Assembly: GCA_963782015.1 (NCBI GenBank)
Contig: CAWAHY010000004.1
Span: 759,488-823,487 of the forward strand
Reading direction: 5' to 3'
DNA length: 64,000 bases
Source: an uncultured Chloroflexia bacterium
GTDB taxonomy: Bacteria; Chloroflexota; Limnocylindria; QHBO01
Position numbers and translations under genes: made by a program. The notes beneath the pieces are model-generated. The model was not told where the DNA came from. It worked only from the letters and a program-made list of their open reading frames with translations, and ran no database searches. This document shows positions 50,929 through 61,042 of this stretch, in pieces (positions within the stretch are counted from its first letter, which is position 1; each line of letters opens with the position of its first letter).

Positions 50929-51048
50929 GCGGGCTGATTATGGCAGGCGATCGGACCATTGCCACCCCCTGGAGGTGCCATCCGGCAGGTGCGCCGGGTG
51001 GGCGGTGGGATGATGCTGCTGGCAACGGGAGAAGCGGAGGGTTGCTCC

Positions 51049-52035
51049 ATGTCGGCTCGCGGTGATTTCGGCGCGCGCTCCGGCGCGATCGTGGCGGCGG
51101 TCTGGCTGATCGGGCTCGGGATCGTCTTCCTCCTCCAGCAGACGCTCGACTGGAGCTGGGGCCAGGCGTGGCCCCTCTTCCTGATCCTGGCGGGGATCGG
51201 GAGCATCACCTCGGTCTTCGTCACCCTGCGGCCTCGCGGTCGGTGGATGGTCGCGCTGACCTGGCCGGTGGCGCTGGTCGTGGTCGGGGTCATCTTCCTG
51301 CTGAGCACGACCGGCGCGCTCGGAACGGACCTGGGCGACCTGGTGCGCTGGTGGCCGGTGGCGCTGATCGTGCTCGGCGGCTGGTACCTGGTGGTGGCCT
51401 TCATGCCACGGGCGCGGGCAGGGACCGATCGGATGACGATCCCGCTCGACGGCGCGACGTCCGCCTCGGTCCGTCTCCAGTTCGGTGGCGGCGAGGTGAC
51501 GGTCGAGGCCGGCCCCCCCGACCAGCTGTTGGTCGGCGAGTTCGCGAACGGCGGCGCCGTGCAGCGCCTGCGCGGCCCCGGCAGCGTCGAGCTGTCGCCC
51601 GACGGCCCGGCGGTCTGGCCGTGGTTCGATCGACCGCTCAACTGGAAGATCGGGGTGACGACGGGCGTGCCGCTCGACCTCGACATCCAGAGCGGCGCCG
51701 CCAAGGTCCGGATGGACCTGACCGGCGTGGCGCTGCGCCGGCTCAAGATCCAGACCGGGGCGAGCGACACGCGCGTCCGGCTGCCGCGATCGGCGGGCTC
51801 CTCGACGGTGAAGGCGGAGGGCGGGGCCGCCTCGCTGAGCTTCGAGGTGCCTGTCGGCGTGGCGGCGCGGATTCACAGCCTGATGGTGATCGGCAGCACG
51901 AGCGTCGACGAGTCGCGCTTCCCGAAGACCGCCAGCGGCCGATGGGAGTCGCCTGACTACGCCACGGCTCCCAACAAGGTGGAGCTGGAGGTCTCCGGTG
52001 GCGTCGGCTCGGTGCGGGTGACCGGCGTCGCCTAG
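51049..52035 (+). CDS. LiaF/DUF5668-type membrane protein
   Basis: WPLFLIL and WWPVALIV TM repeats, C-terminal solenoid, WESPDY. Confidence 0.75.
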   Translation: MSARGDFGARSGAIVAAVWLIGLGIVFLLQQTLDWSWGQAWPLFLILAGIGSITSVFVTLRPRGRWMVALTWPVALVVVGVIFLLSTTGALGTDLGDLVRWWPVALIVLGGWYLVVAFMPRARAGTDRMTIPLDGATSASVRLQFGGGEVTVEAGPPDQLLVGEFANGGAVQRLRGPGSVELSPDGPAVWPWFDRPLNWKIGVTTGVPLDLDIQSGAAKVRMDLTGVALRRLKIQTGASDTRVRLPRSAGSSTVKAEGGAASLSFEVPVGVAARIHSLMVIGSTSVDESRFPKTASGRWESPDYATAPNKVELEVSGGVGSVRVTGVA

Positions 52036-52676
52036 GCTCCGAAGATGACCGGCTCGACCACGGCTCGGATGGCGGCGTCAGTGGCGTCCACGCTGCCCGA
52101 GCCGTCAACCACCCGGTACCGCTCCGGCTCGGCGGCGGCGAAGCCCAGGTAGGCGTTGCGGACCGTCTCGAAGAAGCGAGCGCCCTCGGTGTCCTCGAAG
52201 CGATTCCAGGCGCCGTGCCGCTTGCGCGCCAGCCCGACCTCGACCGGTACGTCGACCAGGATGGTGAGGTCGGGGAGCAGGTCGAAGGTCGCGAAGCGCT
52301 GGAGGCGGCGAATCTCGTCGGCGTCGATCCCGTAGGCCGCGCCCTGGTAGGCGAGCGACGAGTCGAGGTAGCGGGCGCAGACCACGTTCTCGCCCTTCGC
52401 CAGGGCGGGGAGGATCAGGCGCGACGTGTGCTGGGCGCGGGCCGCGGCGAAGAGGAGGGCGTCGGCCCGCGGGTCGAGGTCGTCGGAGACATCGCGCAGG
52501 TGGAGCACGAGGCGGCGCACCTCCTCGCCCAGCGGCGTGCCGCCCGGCTCCCCGGTCAGCACCGTGGGCTCGCCCCGTGAGCGGAGCCACTCGGCGAGGT
52601 GCCGGGCGGCGGTCGTCTTGCCGCTCCCGTCGGGCCCCTCCAGGGTGATGAAGCGGCCGCGACGGGCGGCGCTCAC
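52032..52676 (-). CDS. tmk: Thymidylate kinase
   Basis: FITLEGPDGSGKTT, EPGGT, SSLAYQG, PDLT. Confidence 0.95.
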   Translation of the reverse strand: MSAARRGRFITLEGPDGSGKTTAARHLAEWLRSRGEPTVLTGEPGGTPLGEEVRRLVLHLRDVSDDLDPRADALLFAAARAQHTSRLILPALAKGENVVCARYLDSSLAYQGAAYGIDADEIRRLQRFATFDLLPDLTILVDVPVEVGLARKRHGAWNRFEDTEGARFFETVRNAYLGFAAAEPERYRVVDGSGSVDATDAAIRAVVEPVIFGA

Positions 52677-52680
52677 CGGC

Positions 52681-54435
52681 TCACCGCCACGCGCGCCCCT
52701 CGTCGGGCAGCAGCTCGACGCGCCGGTTCGGCTCGCTTCCGCGCGAGCGGCTCATCAGGTTGTTGCGCTCCGCCATCTGGTGCTGGAGCCGTCGCACGTA
52801 GGCGTTCTGCGGGGCCAGCTCGACCGGGTTGCCGGCGGCCTGCACCAGGCCGATCGCCTCGACCGTCTCGCGCAGGGCGGCCTCCGATGGATCGGCCTCC
52901 AGGTCGAAGAGGCTCGCCAGCAGGTTCTCCATCTGGATGATGGTGTTCGACTTGAGGACATAGATGGGGATCCCGCCCGACTCCGCGTCGCGCAGCGAGG
53001 ACGGCTTGCGGCGGTAGTAGTTGCGCAGGGTGACGACCGCATCGGCCTCGTCGAGCTCGCGGGCCACGTTGACCGGCACGCCCAGCTCGCGGACCGCCTG
53101 CTCCAGGTGCTTGCGGCTGACGCCGAAGCCGAACAGGCTCAGGGGCCGATGCGACCGGGTCGGCACGGCACCGGTCTCGCCGCTCGACGACTCGCGCAGC
53201 GCGACCTCGAGGTGGCGGCGCGGGTCGGAGGCGACCGACGGCTCGAACCGATCGCCGGCGAGGCGCTCGCCGGGCATCGCGCGGCCGCGGCCGGCGGCGC
53301 CACGCCCGGGGAGCGGGCGCAGTCCGGTCGCCCCACCCGCGGCGCGGCCGCGCCCGAACGCGCCGAAGCCGCCGAGCGGGTCGAGCGCGGCAAAGGCGGG
53401 GGTGCCGGTCGGCGACTCGGCGATCTTGTAGTCGTACTTCGTCGCGGCCCGCAGCTCGCCGCCCTCGCGCCAGCGCGACTCGGGCGGGACCATGTGGCCG
53501 CGCAGGATGGCGTCCACCGTCTCGGCCGTGTTGCGGTGGACGATCACGCTGTCGCGCTCGACGATCTCGACCACCACGTCGAAGGTGGGCGGGGCCTTGC
53601 GCTCGAGGACCGTCTTCTGCGTGCCGCGGCGGCGCGCCTCCTCGTCGCCGAGGGTGACCGTCTGGATGCCGCCGACCAGGTCCGAGAGGGTCGGGTTGAG
53701 CATCAGGTTGTCGAGCGTGTTGCCGTGGGCGGTGCCGACCAGCTGCACGCCGCGCTCGGCGATCGTGCGGGCGGCGGCGGCCTCCAGCTCGGTGCCGATC
53801 TCGTCGATGACGATCACCTCGGGCATGTGGTTCTCGACCGCCTCGATCATCACCGCGTGCTGCTCGGCGGGGATGCGCACCTGCATCCGCCGCGCGTCGC
53901 CGATGCCGGGGTGCGGGATGTCGCCGTCGCCGGCGATCTCGTTGCTGGTGTCGACCACGATCACGCGCTTGCCGAGGTCGTCGGCCAGCACGCGGGCCAC
54001 CTCGCGCAGCATCGTCGTCTTGCCGACGCCGGGGCGCCCCAGCAGCAGGACGCTCTGCCCGCCCTCGACGATGTCGCGGATGATGTCGATGGTGCCGAAG
54101 ACGGCCCGCCCGATGCGGCAGGTCAGCCCCACCACCTTGCCGGCTCGGTTGCGGATGGCGCAGATCCGATGCAGGGTGCGCTCGATGCCGGCGCGGTTGT
54201 CGCCGCCGAAGGCGCCGATGTGCTCGATGACGTGGGCGATATCGGCCTCGACGATCTCGCGGTCGAGCAGCGCCTCCTCGCCGTGCGTGAAGCGTGCCTC
54301 GGGCCGGCGCCCGAGGTCGAGCACCACCTCCAGCAGGTCGGCCCGGTTGGCGAAGGTGCGCAGGCGCGCCACGATCTCCGGCGGCAGGGCCGCCAGCAGC
54401 GCGTCGAGGTCGTCGGTGGTCGCCTGTCGGGTCAT
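52681..54435 (-). CDS. SpoIIIAA/Ycf45-like AAA ATPase with C-terminal R3H domain
   Basis: [30 protein letters not shown]. Confidence 0.9.
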   Translation of the reverse strand: MTRQATTDDLDALLAALPPEIVARLRTFANRADLLEVVLDLGRRPEARFTHGEEALLDREIVEADIAHVIEHIGAFGGDNRAGIERTLHRICAIRNRAGKVVGLTCRIGRAVFGTIDIIRDIVEGGQSVLLLGRPGVGKTTMLREVARVLADDLGKRVIVVDTSNEIAGDGDIPHPGIGDARRMQVRIPAEQHAVMIEAVENHMPEVIVIDEIGTELEAAAARTIAERGVQLVGTAHGNTLDNLMLNPTLSDLVGGIQTVTLGDEEARRRGTQKTVLERKAPPTFDVVVEIVERDSVIVHRNTAETVDAILRGHMVPPESRWREGGELRAATKYDYKIAESPTGTPAFAALDPLGGFGAFGRGRAAGGATGLRPLPGRGAAGRGRAMPGERLAGDRFEPSVASDPRRHLEVALRESSSGETGAVPTRSHRPLSLFGFGVSRKHLEQAVRELGVPVNVARELDEADAVVTLRNYYRRKPSSLRDAESGGIPIYVLKSNTIIQMENLLASLFDLEADPSEAALRETVEAIGLVQAAGNPVELAPQNAYVRRLQHQMAERNNLMSRSRGSEPNRRVELLPDEGRAWR

Positions 54436-54462
54436 CGGGTCTCGCAGTCTGTGTCGGTTGGC

Positions 54463-55465
54463 TTAGACGGCCGGCACCATGGCCGGCTGGCGGAGCGTGG
54501 CACGCACCTCGCGCACGAGCATGCTCACCTGCCCGACCGGCTCGAAGCCGGTCGCCTCGGCCGCCTGGCGCCCCGTCGACTCATATGTTCGCACCGGAGC
54601 GACGATCCCTGCTGCCAGCGCCTCTGCGCCGGCCGCCGTCAGCACCCCGGCGAGGAAGGCCGCGCCGTCCGCGCCGTCGCGGACCAGGAAGCGCAGGTAG
54701 TGCGGCCCGGCCCGGCAGGCGCCGTGCTGCGCGAAGCCGGCGACCCGCTGCCCGTCGGGCAGGAGCCAGCCGCGCACGTCGCTGAAGTGGAGCAGCGGGT
54801 TGAGGCTGCTGCGCGGGACCACTCCCTCGTGGCCGACCGGCTCCCAGTCGGCGGCGCCATAGCCCTCGATGCGCGCGATCGCCGGGGGCGTGGCATGGGT
54901 CCACAGGTCGAACAGGTGCCAGGCATCGTGCGGCGTCGCCTGGACCATCGGCTCGCTGAGGGCGGCGTGGGCACCGGCGAGGCCGCCCGGCGCGCGATAC
55001 CAGATCTCCTCGTGCGCGTAGGCCATGAACCTGAGCTGGCCGAAGAGCTCCATGTTCTCGGGCACGTCCGCGCAGGCCGCGTGGTACCGCGCCACGTTGC
55101 GCTGGGCGCCCTCCTCGATCACGCGCCTGGAGCAGCGCGTAGCGGACCTCGGCCGCCATCGGCGAGTCCGCCGCGTCGAGCTCGGTGATGACCCAGTCGT
55201 CGCGATGCGGCTCCTCGATCGCCCGGCAGCTGCCGACCAGGTGCCCCTCCCACTCGGCCACGAGGTGCACCGACGGGGAGCGGAGCGGGAGCCATGACGG
55301 CATCAGGGCGGCGAGGCTGATCCTGGGCGGGGCGGCCGAGCTGGCCGGGACGCCGAGCGAGCGGCGGAAGCCCTCCGCCCCCTCGTGCACCTGGCGCGAG
55401 AGCGTGACGAGCGCCTGGCGGTCGGTGAGGCGGGCCGCGCGGATCGAGCCGGCAGCGTCGGTCAC
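54463..55465 (-). CDS. Hypothetical GNAT-like protein (frameshift near 55125)
   Basis: IRAARLTD, LVAEWEGHLVG; tight operon with pdxT. Confidence 0.55.
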
Positions 55466-56088
55466 GTCCCGATCAGGTCCAGCAGGAGCCGATGCAGGCG
55501 TCGATCCGGCGTCAGCTCGGGATGGAAGGCGGTGGCCAGCACGCGCCCCTGGCGCACGGCGATCGGCCGGCCGTCGGGATCGCGGGCCAGCACCTCCACA
55601 TCGGGGCCGACCTCGCTGACGACCGGAGCCCGGATGAAGACCCCGTGCATCGGCGCCTCGCCCAGGGCTGGAATGGCGATCTCGGCCTCGAACGAGTCGA
55701 GCTGGCGCCCGTAGGCGTTGCGCTGGACGGTGACGTCGAGGAGGGAGAGGACCGGCTCGTCGCCATCGGCGATCCGGTTCGCGAGCAGGATCATGCCGGC
55801 GCAGGTGCCGTAGACCGGCGCGCCGCCGCTCACCAGCGCCACGATCGGGTCGCGCAGGCCGTAGCGGTCGATCAGCTTGCGCATGGCGGTCGACTCGCCG
55901 CCGGGCAGGATCAGCCCGTCGAGCCCGACCAGGTCCCGGGGCAGCCGCACCTCGACCGGCTCGGCGCCGATATCCGCCAGCGCCCGCGCGTGCTCGCGGA
56001 CGTCACCCTGGACCGCCAGGATGCCGATCCGGCGTCGTCGGGGAGCTCCCGCCGCCGACGTGGTCGGGGCAGGCGCGGTCTGCGCCAT
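55462..56088 (-). CDS. pdxT: PLP synthase glutaminase subunit
   Basis: GILAVQG, PGGEST, GTCAG, RNAYGRQ, FHPE. Confidence 0.96.
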   Translation of the reverse strand: MAQTAPAPTTSAAGAPRRRRIGILAVQGDVREHARALADIGAEPVEVRLPRDLVGLDGLILPGGESTAMRKLIDRYGLRDPIVALVSGGAPVYGTCAGMILLANRIADGDEPVLSLLDVTVQRNAYGRQLDSFEAEIAIPALGEAPMHGVFIRAPVVSEVGPDVEVLARDPDGRPIAVRQGRVLATAFHPELTPDRRLHRLLLDLIGT

Positions 56089-56105
56089 CGGTCCTTGCCC
56101 TCCGC

Positions 56106-56996
56106 CTACCAGCCGCGGACGGCCAGGCGTTCCTCCGCCGGGATCTCGGAGAGCTCCAGCCCGTGCATCGGCTCGCCCAGCCCGGTGCTCACCTCGGCCA
56201 GGATCTCGGCGTTGTCCCAGTGGGTGGTGGCCATCACGATCGCTCGCGCCACGCGCTCGGGCTGCTCGGCCTTGAAGATGCCGCTCCCCACGAAGACCGC
56301 CTGCGCGCCGAGCTGGCGCATCAGGCTCGCGTCGGCGGGGGTGGCCACGCCACCGGCGCTGAAGTTCGGAACGGGGAGCTCGCCGAGGGTCGCGGTCTGG
56401 CGCACCACGTCGAGGGGCGCGCGCAGCTCCTTGGCGGCCGCGTACAGCTCGTCCTCGCGCATCCCGGCCAGCTCGCGGATCCCCTTCTGCACGGCGCGCA
56501 TGTGGCGCACCGCCTCGACGATGTTGCCGGTCCCCGCCTCGCCCTTGGTGCGGATCATGGCCGCCCCCTCGCCGATCCGCCGCAGCGCCTCGCCGAGGTC
56601 GCGGCAGCCGCACACGAATGGCACCCGGAACTCGTGCTTGTCGATGTGGTGCTCCTCGTCGGCCGGGGTGAGCACCTCGGACTCGTCGATGAAGTCGACC
56701 TCGAGCTGCTGGAGGATCTGCGCCTCGGCGATGTGCCCGATCCGGCACTTGGCCATGACCGGGATGGTGACCGCGGCCTTGATCTCCTCGATCAGCCTGG
56801 GGTCGGACATGCGCGCCACGCCGCCGAACTTGCGGATGTCGGACGGGACGCGCTCGAGCGCCATCACCGCCACGGCGCCCGCCTCCTGCGCGATCCGGGC
56901 GTGATCGGCGGTGACGACGTCCATGATCACGCCGCCGGAGAGCATGCGGGCGAGCCCGACCTTCGTCGCCCAGGTGCTGGTTTCGATGGTTGTCAT
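56106..56996 (-). CDS. pdxS: PLP synthase lyase subunit
   Basis: [32 protein letters not shown]. Confidence 0.97.
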   Translation of the reverse strand: MTTIETSTWATKVGLARMLSGGVIMDVVTADHARIAQEAGAVAVMALERVPSDIRKFGGVARMSDPRLIEEIKAAVTIPVMAKCRIGHIAEAQILQQLEVDFIDESEVLTPADEEHHIDKHEFRVPFVCGCRDLGEALRRIGEGAAMIRTKGEAGTGNIVEAVRHMRAVQKGIRELAGMREDELYAAAKELRAPLDVVRQTATLGELPVPNFSAGGVATPADASLMRQLGAQAVFVGSGIFKAEQPERVARAIVMATTHWDNAEILAEVSTGLGEPMHGLELSEIPAEERLAVRGW

Positions 56997-57156
56997 GCAA
57001 CCCCTGTCGGTGCGATTTCGTGCGTGAACCGATGGCGCGGCCGCCTCGCCGCGCTCAGGGCTGCATTGTACTCGTGGGCGTGGGCGGCTCCCAGAGGGGT
57101 GCCCTGAAGGTCGATCGCCGCGCGGTTGCTATCATCCGCCCCACGGAGGCGCCGCT

Positions 57157-57690
57157 TTGCTCAACGCACCGGTCCTGGTCCTCAACCAGAATTACGAACC
57201 GCTCAACGTCTGCGACATCAGGCGGGCCTTCAACCTGCTCGGCGCCGAGAAGGCGGAGCTGCTGGAGCGGAACCACCAGGTGATCCACACGCCGACCCTG
57301 GCGATTCCCGCCCCGTCGGTGATCCGGCTCGTCTACCTCGTCCGCCGGCCGCGCCCGCGCGTCAAGCTGAGCCGCCGCGAGGTCTTCGCCCGCGACGCCC
57401 ATGCCTGCCAGTACTGCGGGGCCGCGACCCGCGACCTGACGATCGACCACGTCATGCCCAAGCACCGCGGCGGCCGCCACGAGTGGGAGAACCTGGTCAC
57501 CGCCTGTCGCGCCTGCAACCACCGCAAGGGGAGCAAGACGCTGGCCGAGGCGCGCATGGCGCTGCGCCGCGAGCCGCGCGCTCCGCGCGCCGACGTGCGC
57601 TACCTGTACGGCACCTACCTGGCCGATGAGCAGAACGACGCCTGGCGAACGTACCTCTTCCTGAGCGACGCCCCCGGCCAGCGCGCCTAG
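57157..57690 (+). CDS. HNH endonuclease (McrA-like)
   Basis: VLVLNQNYEPL, RD..CQYCG, TIDHV.P, WENLVTACRACN. Confidence 0.92.
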   Translation: MLNAPVLVLNQNYEPLNVCDIRRAFNLLGAEKAELLERNHQVIHTPTLAIPAPSVIRLVYLVRRPRPRVKLSRREVFARDAHACQYCGAATRDLTIDHVMPKHRGGRHEWENLVTACRACNHRKGSKTLAEARMALRREPRAPRADVRYLYGTYLADEQNDAWRTYLFLSDAPGQRA

Positions 57691-57716
57691 GCGCGCACTC
57701 CCCCGCAGGAGGACCG

Positions 57717-59081
57717 ATGCGCGACGGAGACCCCCTTGCCATCGAGCTGCCCGCGGCGGTCGGCGACGTGCTCGCGGTGCTCCGCCGGGAGGGCCACGAA
57801 GCGGTCCTGGTCGGCGGCTGCGTGCGCGACGTCGTGCGGGGCGAGGTGCCGTTCGACTGGGATATCGCCACCTCCGCGCCGCCGGAGACGGTCGCCGGGC
57901 TCTTCCCACGCTCGACCTGGGAGAACGCCTTCGGCACGGTCACCGTGATCCATCCCGGCGGCGAGCCGGGGATCGAGGTGACCACCTACCGGGTCGAGGC
58001 CGGCTATCGGGACCGTCGCCGCCCCGACGCGGTGCGCTGGGGCAGCTCCCTGCACGAGGACCTGGCACGGCGTGACTTCACCATCAACGCCATGGCCTGG
58101 CTCCCCGATGACGCGGCCCCCGGCGGCGGCCGGCTGGTGGATCCGTTCGGCGGCGCCGCCGACCTCGAGGACGCCATGCTGCGGGCGGTGGGGGACGCCG
58201 ACGCGCGCTTCAACGAGGATGCACTGCGGCTCGTCCGCGGGGTCCGCCTCGCCAGCCGCCTGGAGCTGCAGCTCGATCCGCCGACGGAGGAGGCGATGCG
58301 GCGCCACGCGCCCGACGCGGCCGCGCTCTCCGGTGAGCGGTTCCGAGATGAGCTGATGCGCATCCTGGGCGGGGCCGTCCCGCCCTCGCGCGCCTTCGCG
58401 CTGATGGAGCAGCTGGGGCTGCTGACTGTCCTGCTCCCCGAGCTGGCAGCCCTGCGCGGCGTTCCGCAGGCCAAGCCGCTGGCCGGGGACGCGCTCGACC
58501 ACTCGCTGCGCGCCGCCGACGCCCTGCCGGCATCCGACCCGGTGCTGCGGCTGGCAGGGCTGCTGCACGACCTGGGCAAGGCCACGACCCTGGGCGAAGG
58601 GCACTTCCTGGGGCACGAGCAGTCAGGTGAGCGGCTGGCCGGCCAGGTGATGCTGCGCCTCCGCGCGCCGCGGGCCGAGATGACGCGCGTCGGCCGGCTG
58701 GTGCTGCACCACATGTTCACCTACTCCCCGGACTGGACCGATGCCGCCGTGCGCCGCTTCGTGCGCCGGGTCGGCGCCGATCTGCTGACGGACCTCTTCG
58801 CGCTGCGGGCGGCGGACGACGCCGCGTCGGGAGTGCGCGACCCCGCGGTCGGCGGCTGGGGGGAGCTGCGCCGTCGCGCGGCGGCCGCCGTCGCCGGCGA
58901 TCCGCTCGAGGCGAAGCAGCTGGCGGTCAGCGGCGACGACCTCGTGGCGGAGCTGGGGATCGGCCCCGGGCCGCTCGTCGGGCAGCTCCTCGCCGCGCTG
59001 CTCGAGGAGGTCCTCGAGGACCCGACGCGCAACTCGCGGGATGAGCTGCTGGCCCTTGCCCGCTCGATGGCGAGCGGATAG
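57717..59081 (+). CDS. cca: tRNA nucleotidyltransferase (CCA-adding/PAP family) with HD domain
   Basis: VGGCVRD, DWDIAT, DLARRDFTINAMA, EDALR, LLHDLGK. Confidence 0.9.
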   Translation: MRDGDPLAIELPAAVGDVLAVLRREGHEAVLVGGCVRDVVRGEVPFDWDIATSAPPETVAGLFPRSTWENAFGTVTVIHPGGEPGIEVTTYRVEAGYRDRRRPDAVRWGSSLHEDLARRDFTINAMAWLPDDAAPGGGRLVDPFGGAADLEDAMLRAVGDADARFNEDALRLVRGVRLASRLELQLDPPTEEAMRRHAPDAAALSGERFRDELMRILGGAVPPSRAFALMEQLGLLTVLLPELAALRGVPQAKPLAGDALDHSLRAADALPASDPVLRLAGLLHDLGKATTLGEGHFLGHEQSGERLAGQVMLRLRAPRAEMTRVGRLVLHHMFTYSPDWTDAAVRRFVRRVGADLLTDLFALRAADDAASGVRDPAVGGWGELRRRAAAAVAGDPLEAKQLAVSGDDLVAELGIGPGPLVGQLLAALLEEVLEDPTRNSRDELLALARSMASG

Positions 59082-59153
59082 GGCACTGCTACAATCGGCG
59101 ATCCGGAGCGCGTGCCCACGCGCCCATGACCTGAGCGGAGGCCCGATCCCGCG

Positions 59154-59883
59154 ATGACCGCCCCTCGCCGCACCGCGCGGCTTGAGCATCGGCTGACCCG
59201 GCCGAATGCCTCGCTGGCGGAGCTCGACGCAGCCATCGGGCTCGTCGGTGAGCACGGGTTGGCGTCCCTCTCGGTGAGCCCGTGGCTGGTCAGGACCGCG
59301 GCTCGGGGGCTCGCCCGGAGCCCCATCCGGGTCGCGACGGTGATCGGCTTCCCGCACGGCGGCCAGGTGCCGGCGGTGAAGGCCTTCGAGGCATCGCGGG
59401 CGCTCGAGGACGGCGCCACGCAGCTCGACTTCGTCCTCAACGCCGGTGCGCTCGTCTCCGGCGACGACGCCGCGGTCCTCGCCGACATGCTGGCGGTGGT
59501 CGAGATGGCGCACTCGGCGGTCGCCGTCGCCGGCGTGATCGTGCAGGCCGGCGCACTCGACGAGGAGCTGATCCGCCGCGCCTGCCGCCTGGCGGCCCGG
59601 GCGGGGGTGGACCACGTCGTCACCTCGACCGGTGACGAGTCGGCTGCCGCCACGGCGCTCTGGGCGAGCTTCCTGCGCCGCGTGGTCGGCGATCAGCTCG
59701 AGGTGAAGGCCGCCGGCGAGCTCGGCGACCTCGCCGCCATCGCGGCCGTCGTGGCGGCCGGCGCCGATCGCATCTCGACCTCGTTCAGCGCCGGAGCTTG
59801 CCGCGGCTGCGGCTGCCTGGCTGCGCGAGCCGGCCCCGGCGGATCAGCCCTCGCTCGCCGACGTCGGCGCCGCGGTCGGCTGA
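59154..59883 (+). CDS. DeoC-like aldolase fold lacking catalytic Lys (3' end inferred past a frameshift near 59797)
   Basis: ATVIGFPHG, GATQLDFVLN, VVTSTG, VKAAG, GADRI. Confidence 0.75.
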
Positions 59884-59911
59884 AGCGGATCGGGCGAGGA
59901 GGCAGGGAGCG

Positions 59912-60991
59912 GTGCGAATCCTGGTGGTTGGCGGCGCCGGCTACGTGGGCTCGACCAGCGTCGAGACCTTCGTCGACGCCGGCCACGAGGTGACCGTCTA
60001 CGACGACCTGTCGACCGGCCACGCCTCGGCGGTGGTCAGGCCCGCGCGGCTGGTGCGTGGCCAGATCGAGGACCGGGCCCACCTCGAGCACGTCATGCGC
60101 GAGGGTCGGATCGAGGCGGTCCTGCACTGCGCCGCCAAGTCGCTGGTCGGCGAGAGCCTGGCGAACCCCGGCCTCTACTACCGCAACAACGTCGGCGGTG
60201 GGGTGACCCTGCTCGACGCCATGCACGCGGCCGGGGTCACTCGGCTCGTCTACTCGTCGACCGCCGCGGTCTACGGCGAGCCCCGGCGCGTGCCGATCGC
60301 CGAGGCCGACCGCACGGAGCCGATCAACCCGTACGGCGCCACCAAGCTCGCCTTCGAGGGGGCGATGCGCTGGTTCGCCGCCAGCCACGACTTCCAGGCG
60401 ATCAGCCTGCGCTACTTCAACGTGGCGGGCGCCACCGAGCGCAACGGCGAGGACCACGAGCCGGAGACGCACCTGATGCCGCTCGTGCTGCGCGTGGCGG
60501 CCGGCGAGTCGACCCACGTCCAGATCTTCGGCCAGGACTACCCGACCCCCGACGGCACCTGCATCCGCGACTTCATCCACGTCCGCGACCTGGCGGCCGC
60601 GCACCTGCTCGCGCTCGAGGCGACCGGGGAAGGCGACTCGTCGTTCGAGGTCTACAACCTCGGCTCGGCCGCCGGGTTCAGCGTGCGCGAGGTGGTGGAG
60701 GCGGCCCGCAAGGTGACCGGCCGCGCCATCCCGGCCCGCGTCGTCAAGCGACGCAGCGGGGACCCGCCGGTGCTGGTCGCGTCGTCGCGCCGGGCGCGCC
60801 GCGAGCTCGGCTGGCAGCCGCAGCACTCCAAGCTGGAGCAGATGCTGGCCGATGCGTGGGCCTGGCGCCTGACCCACCCGGCCGGCTACCTGCCACCCGT
60901 GCGCGCCGATGGAGCCCCGCTGGACCGCTCGGCGTCGGACGGACGCGGGGAGCGGCAGCTCCCTCGGCCGGGGGCCACCGCCTCGGTCTAG
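59912..60991 (+). CDS. galE: UDP-glucose 4-epimerase
   Basis: GGAGYVGS, SSTAAVYG, YGATK, LRYFN, DGTCIRDFIHV. Confidence 0.95.
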   Translation: MRILVVGGAGYVGSTSVETFVDAGHEVTVYDDLSTGHASAVVRPARLVRGQIEDRAHLEHVMREGRIEAVLHCAAKSLVGESLANPGLYYRNNVGGGVTLLDAMHAAGVTRLVYSSTAAVYGEPRRVPIAEADRTEPINPYGATKLAFEGAMRWFAASHDFQAISLRYFNVAGATERNGEDHEPETHLMPLVLRVAAGESTHVQIFGQDYPTPDGTCIRDFIHVRDLAAAHLLALEATGEGDSSFEVYNLGSAAGFSVREVVEAARKVTGRAIPARVVKRRSGDPPVLVASSRRARRELGWQPQHSKLEQMLADAWAWRLTHPAGYLPPVRADGAPLDRSASDGRGERQLPRPGATASV

Positions 60992-61042
60992 GCGGCCGCG
61001 TGGTACGATCGCGACCCAGCCCACCTCCCTCGGAGCCCCCGT

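Noticed and set aside
52426-55188. Long antisense ORFs (e.g. 920 aa here, also 660-2366 and 45303-47267)
   Set aside because: Shadow frames of high-GC genes with no recognisable motifs.
57157-57690. HNH nuclease as a defence or mobile element
   Set aside because: Common stand-alone family in housekeeping context with host-like codon usage and no partner genes.
281-59883. Numerous frameshifts suggesting pseudogenes or programmed frameshifting
   Set aside because: They hit essential or conserved genes (dnaN, nuoN) at scattered sites with no slippery motif or in-frame stops; sequencing indels are the simplest explanation.
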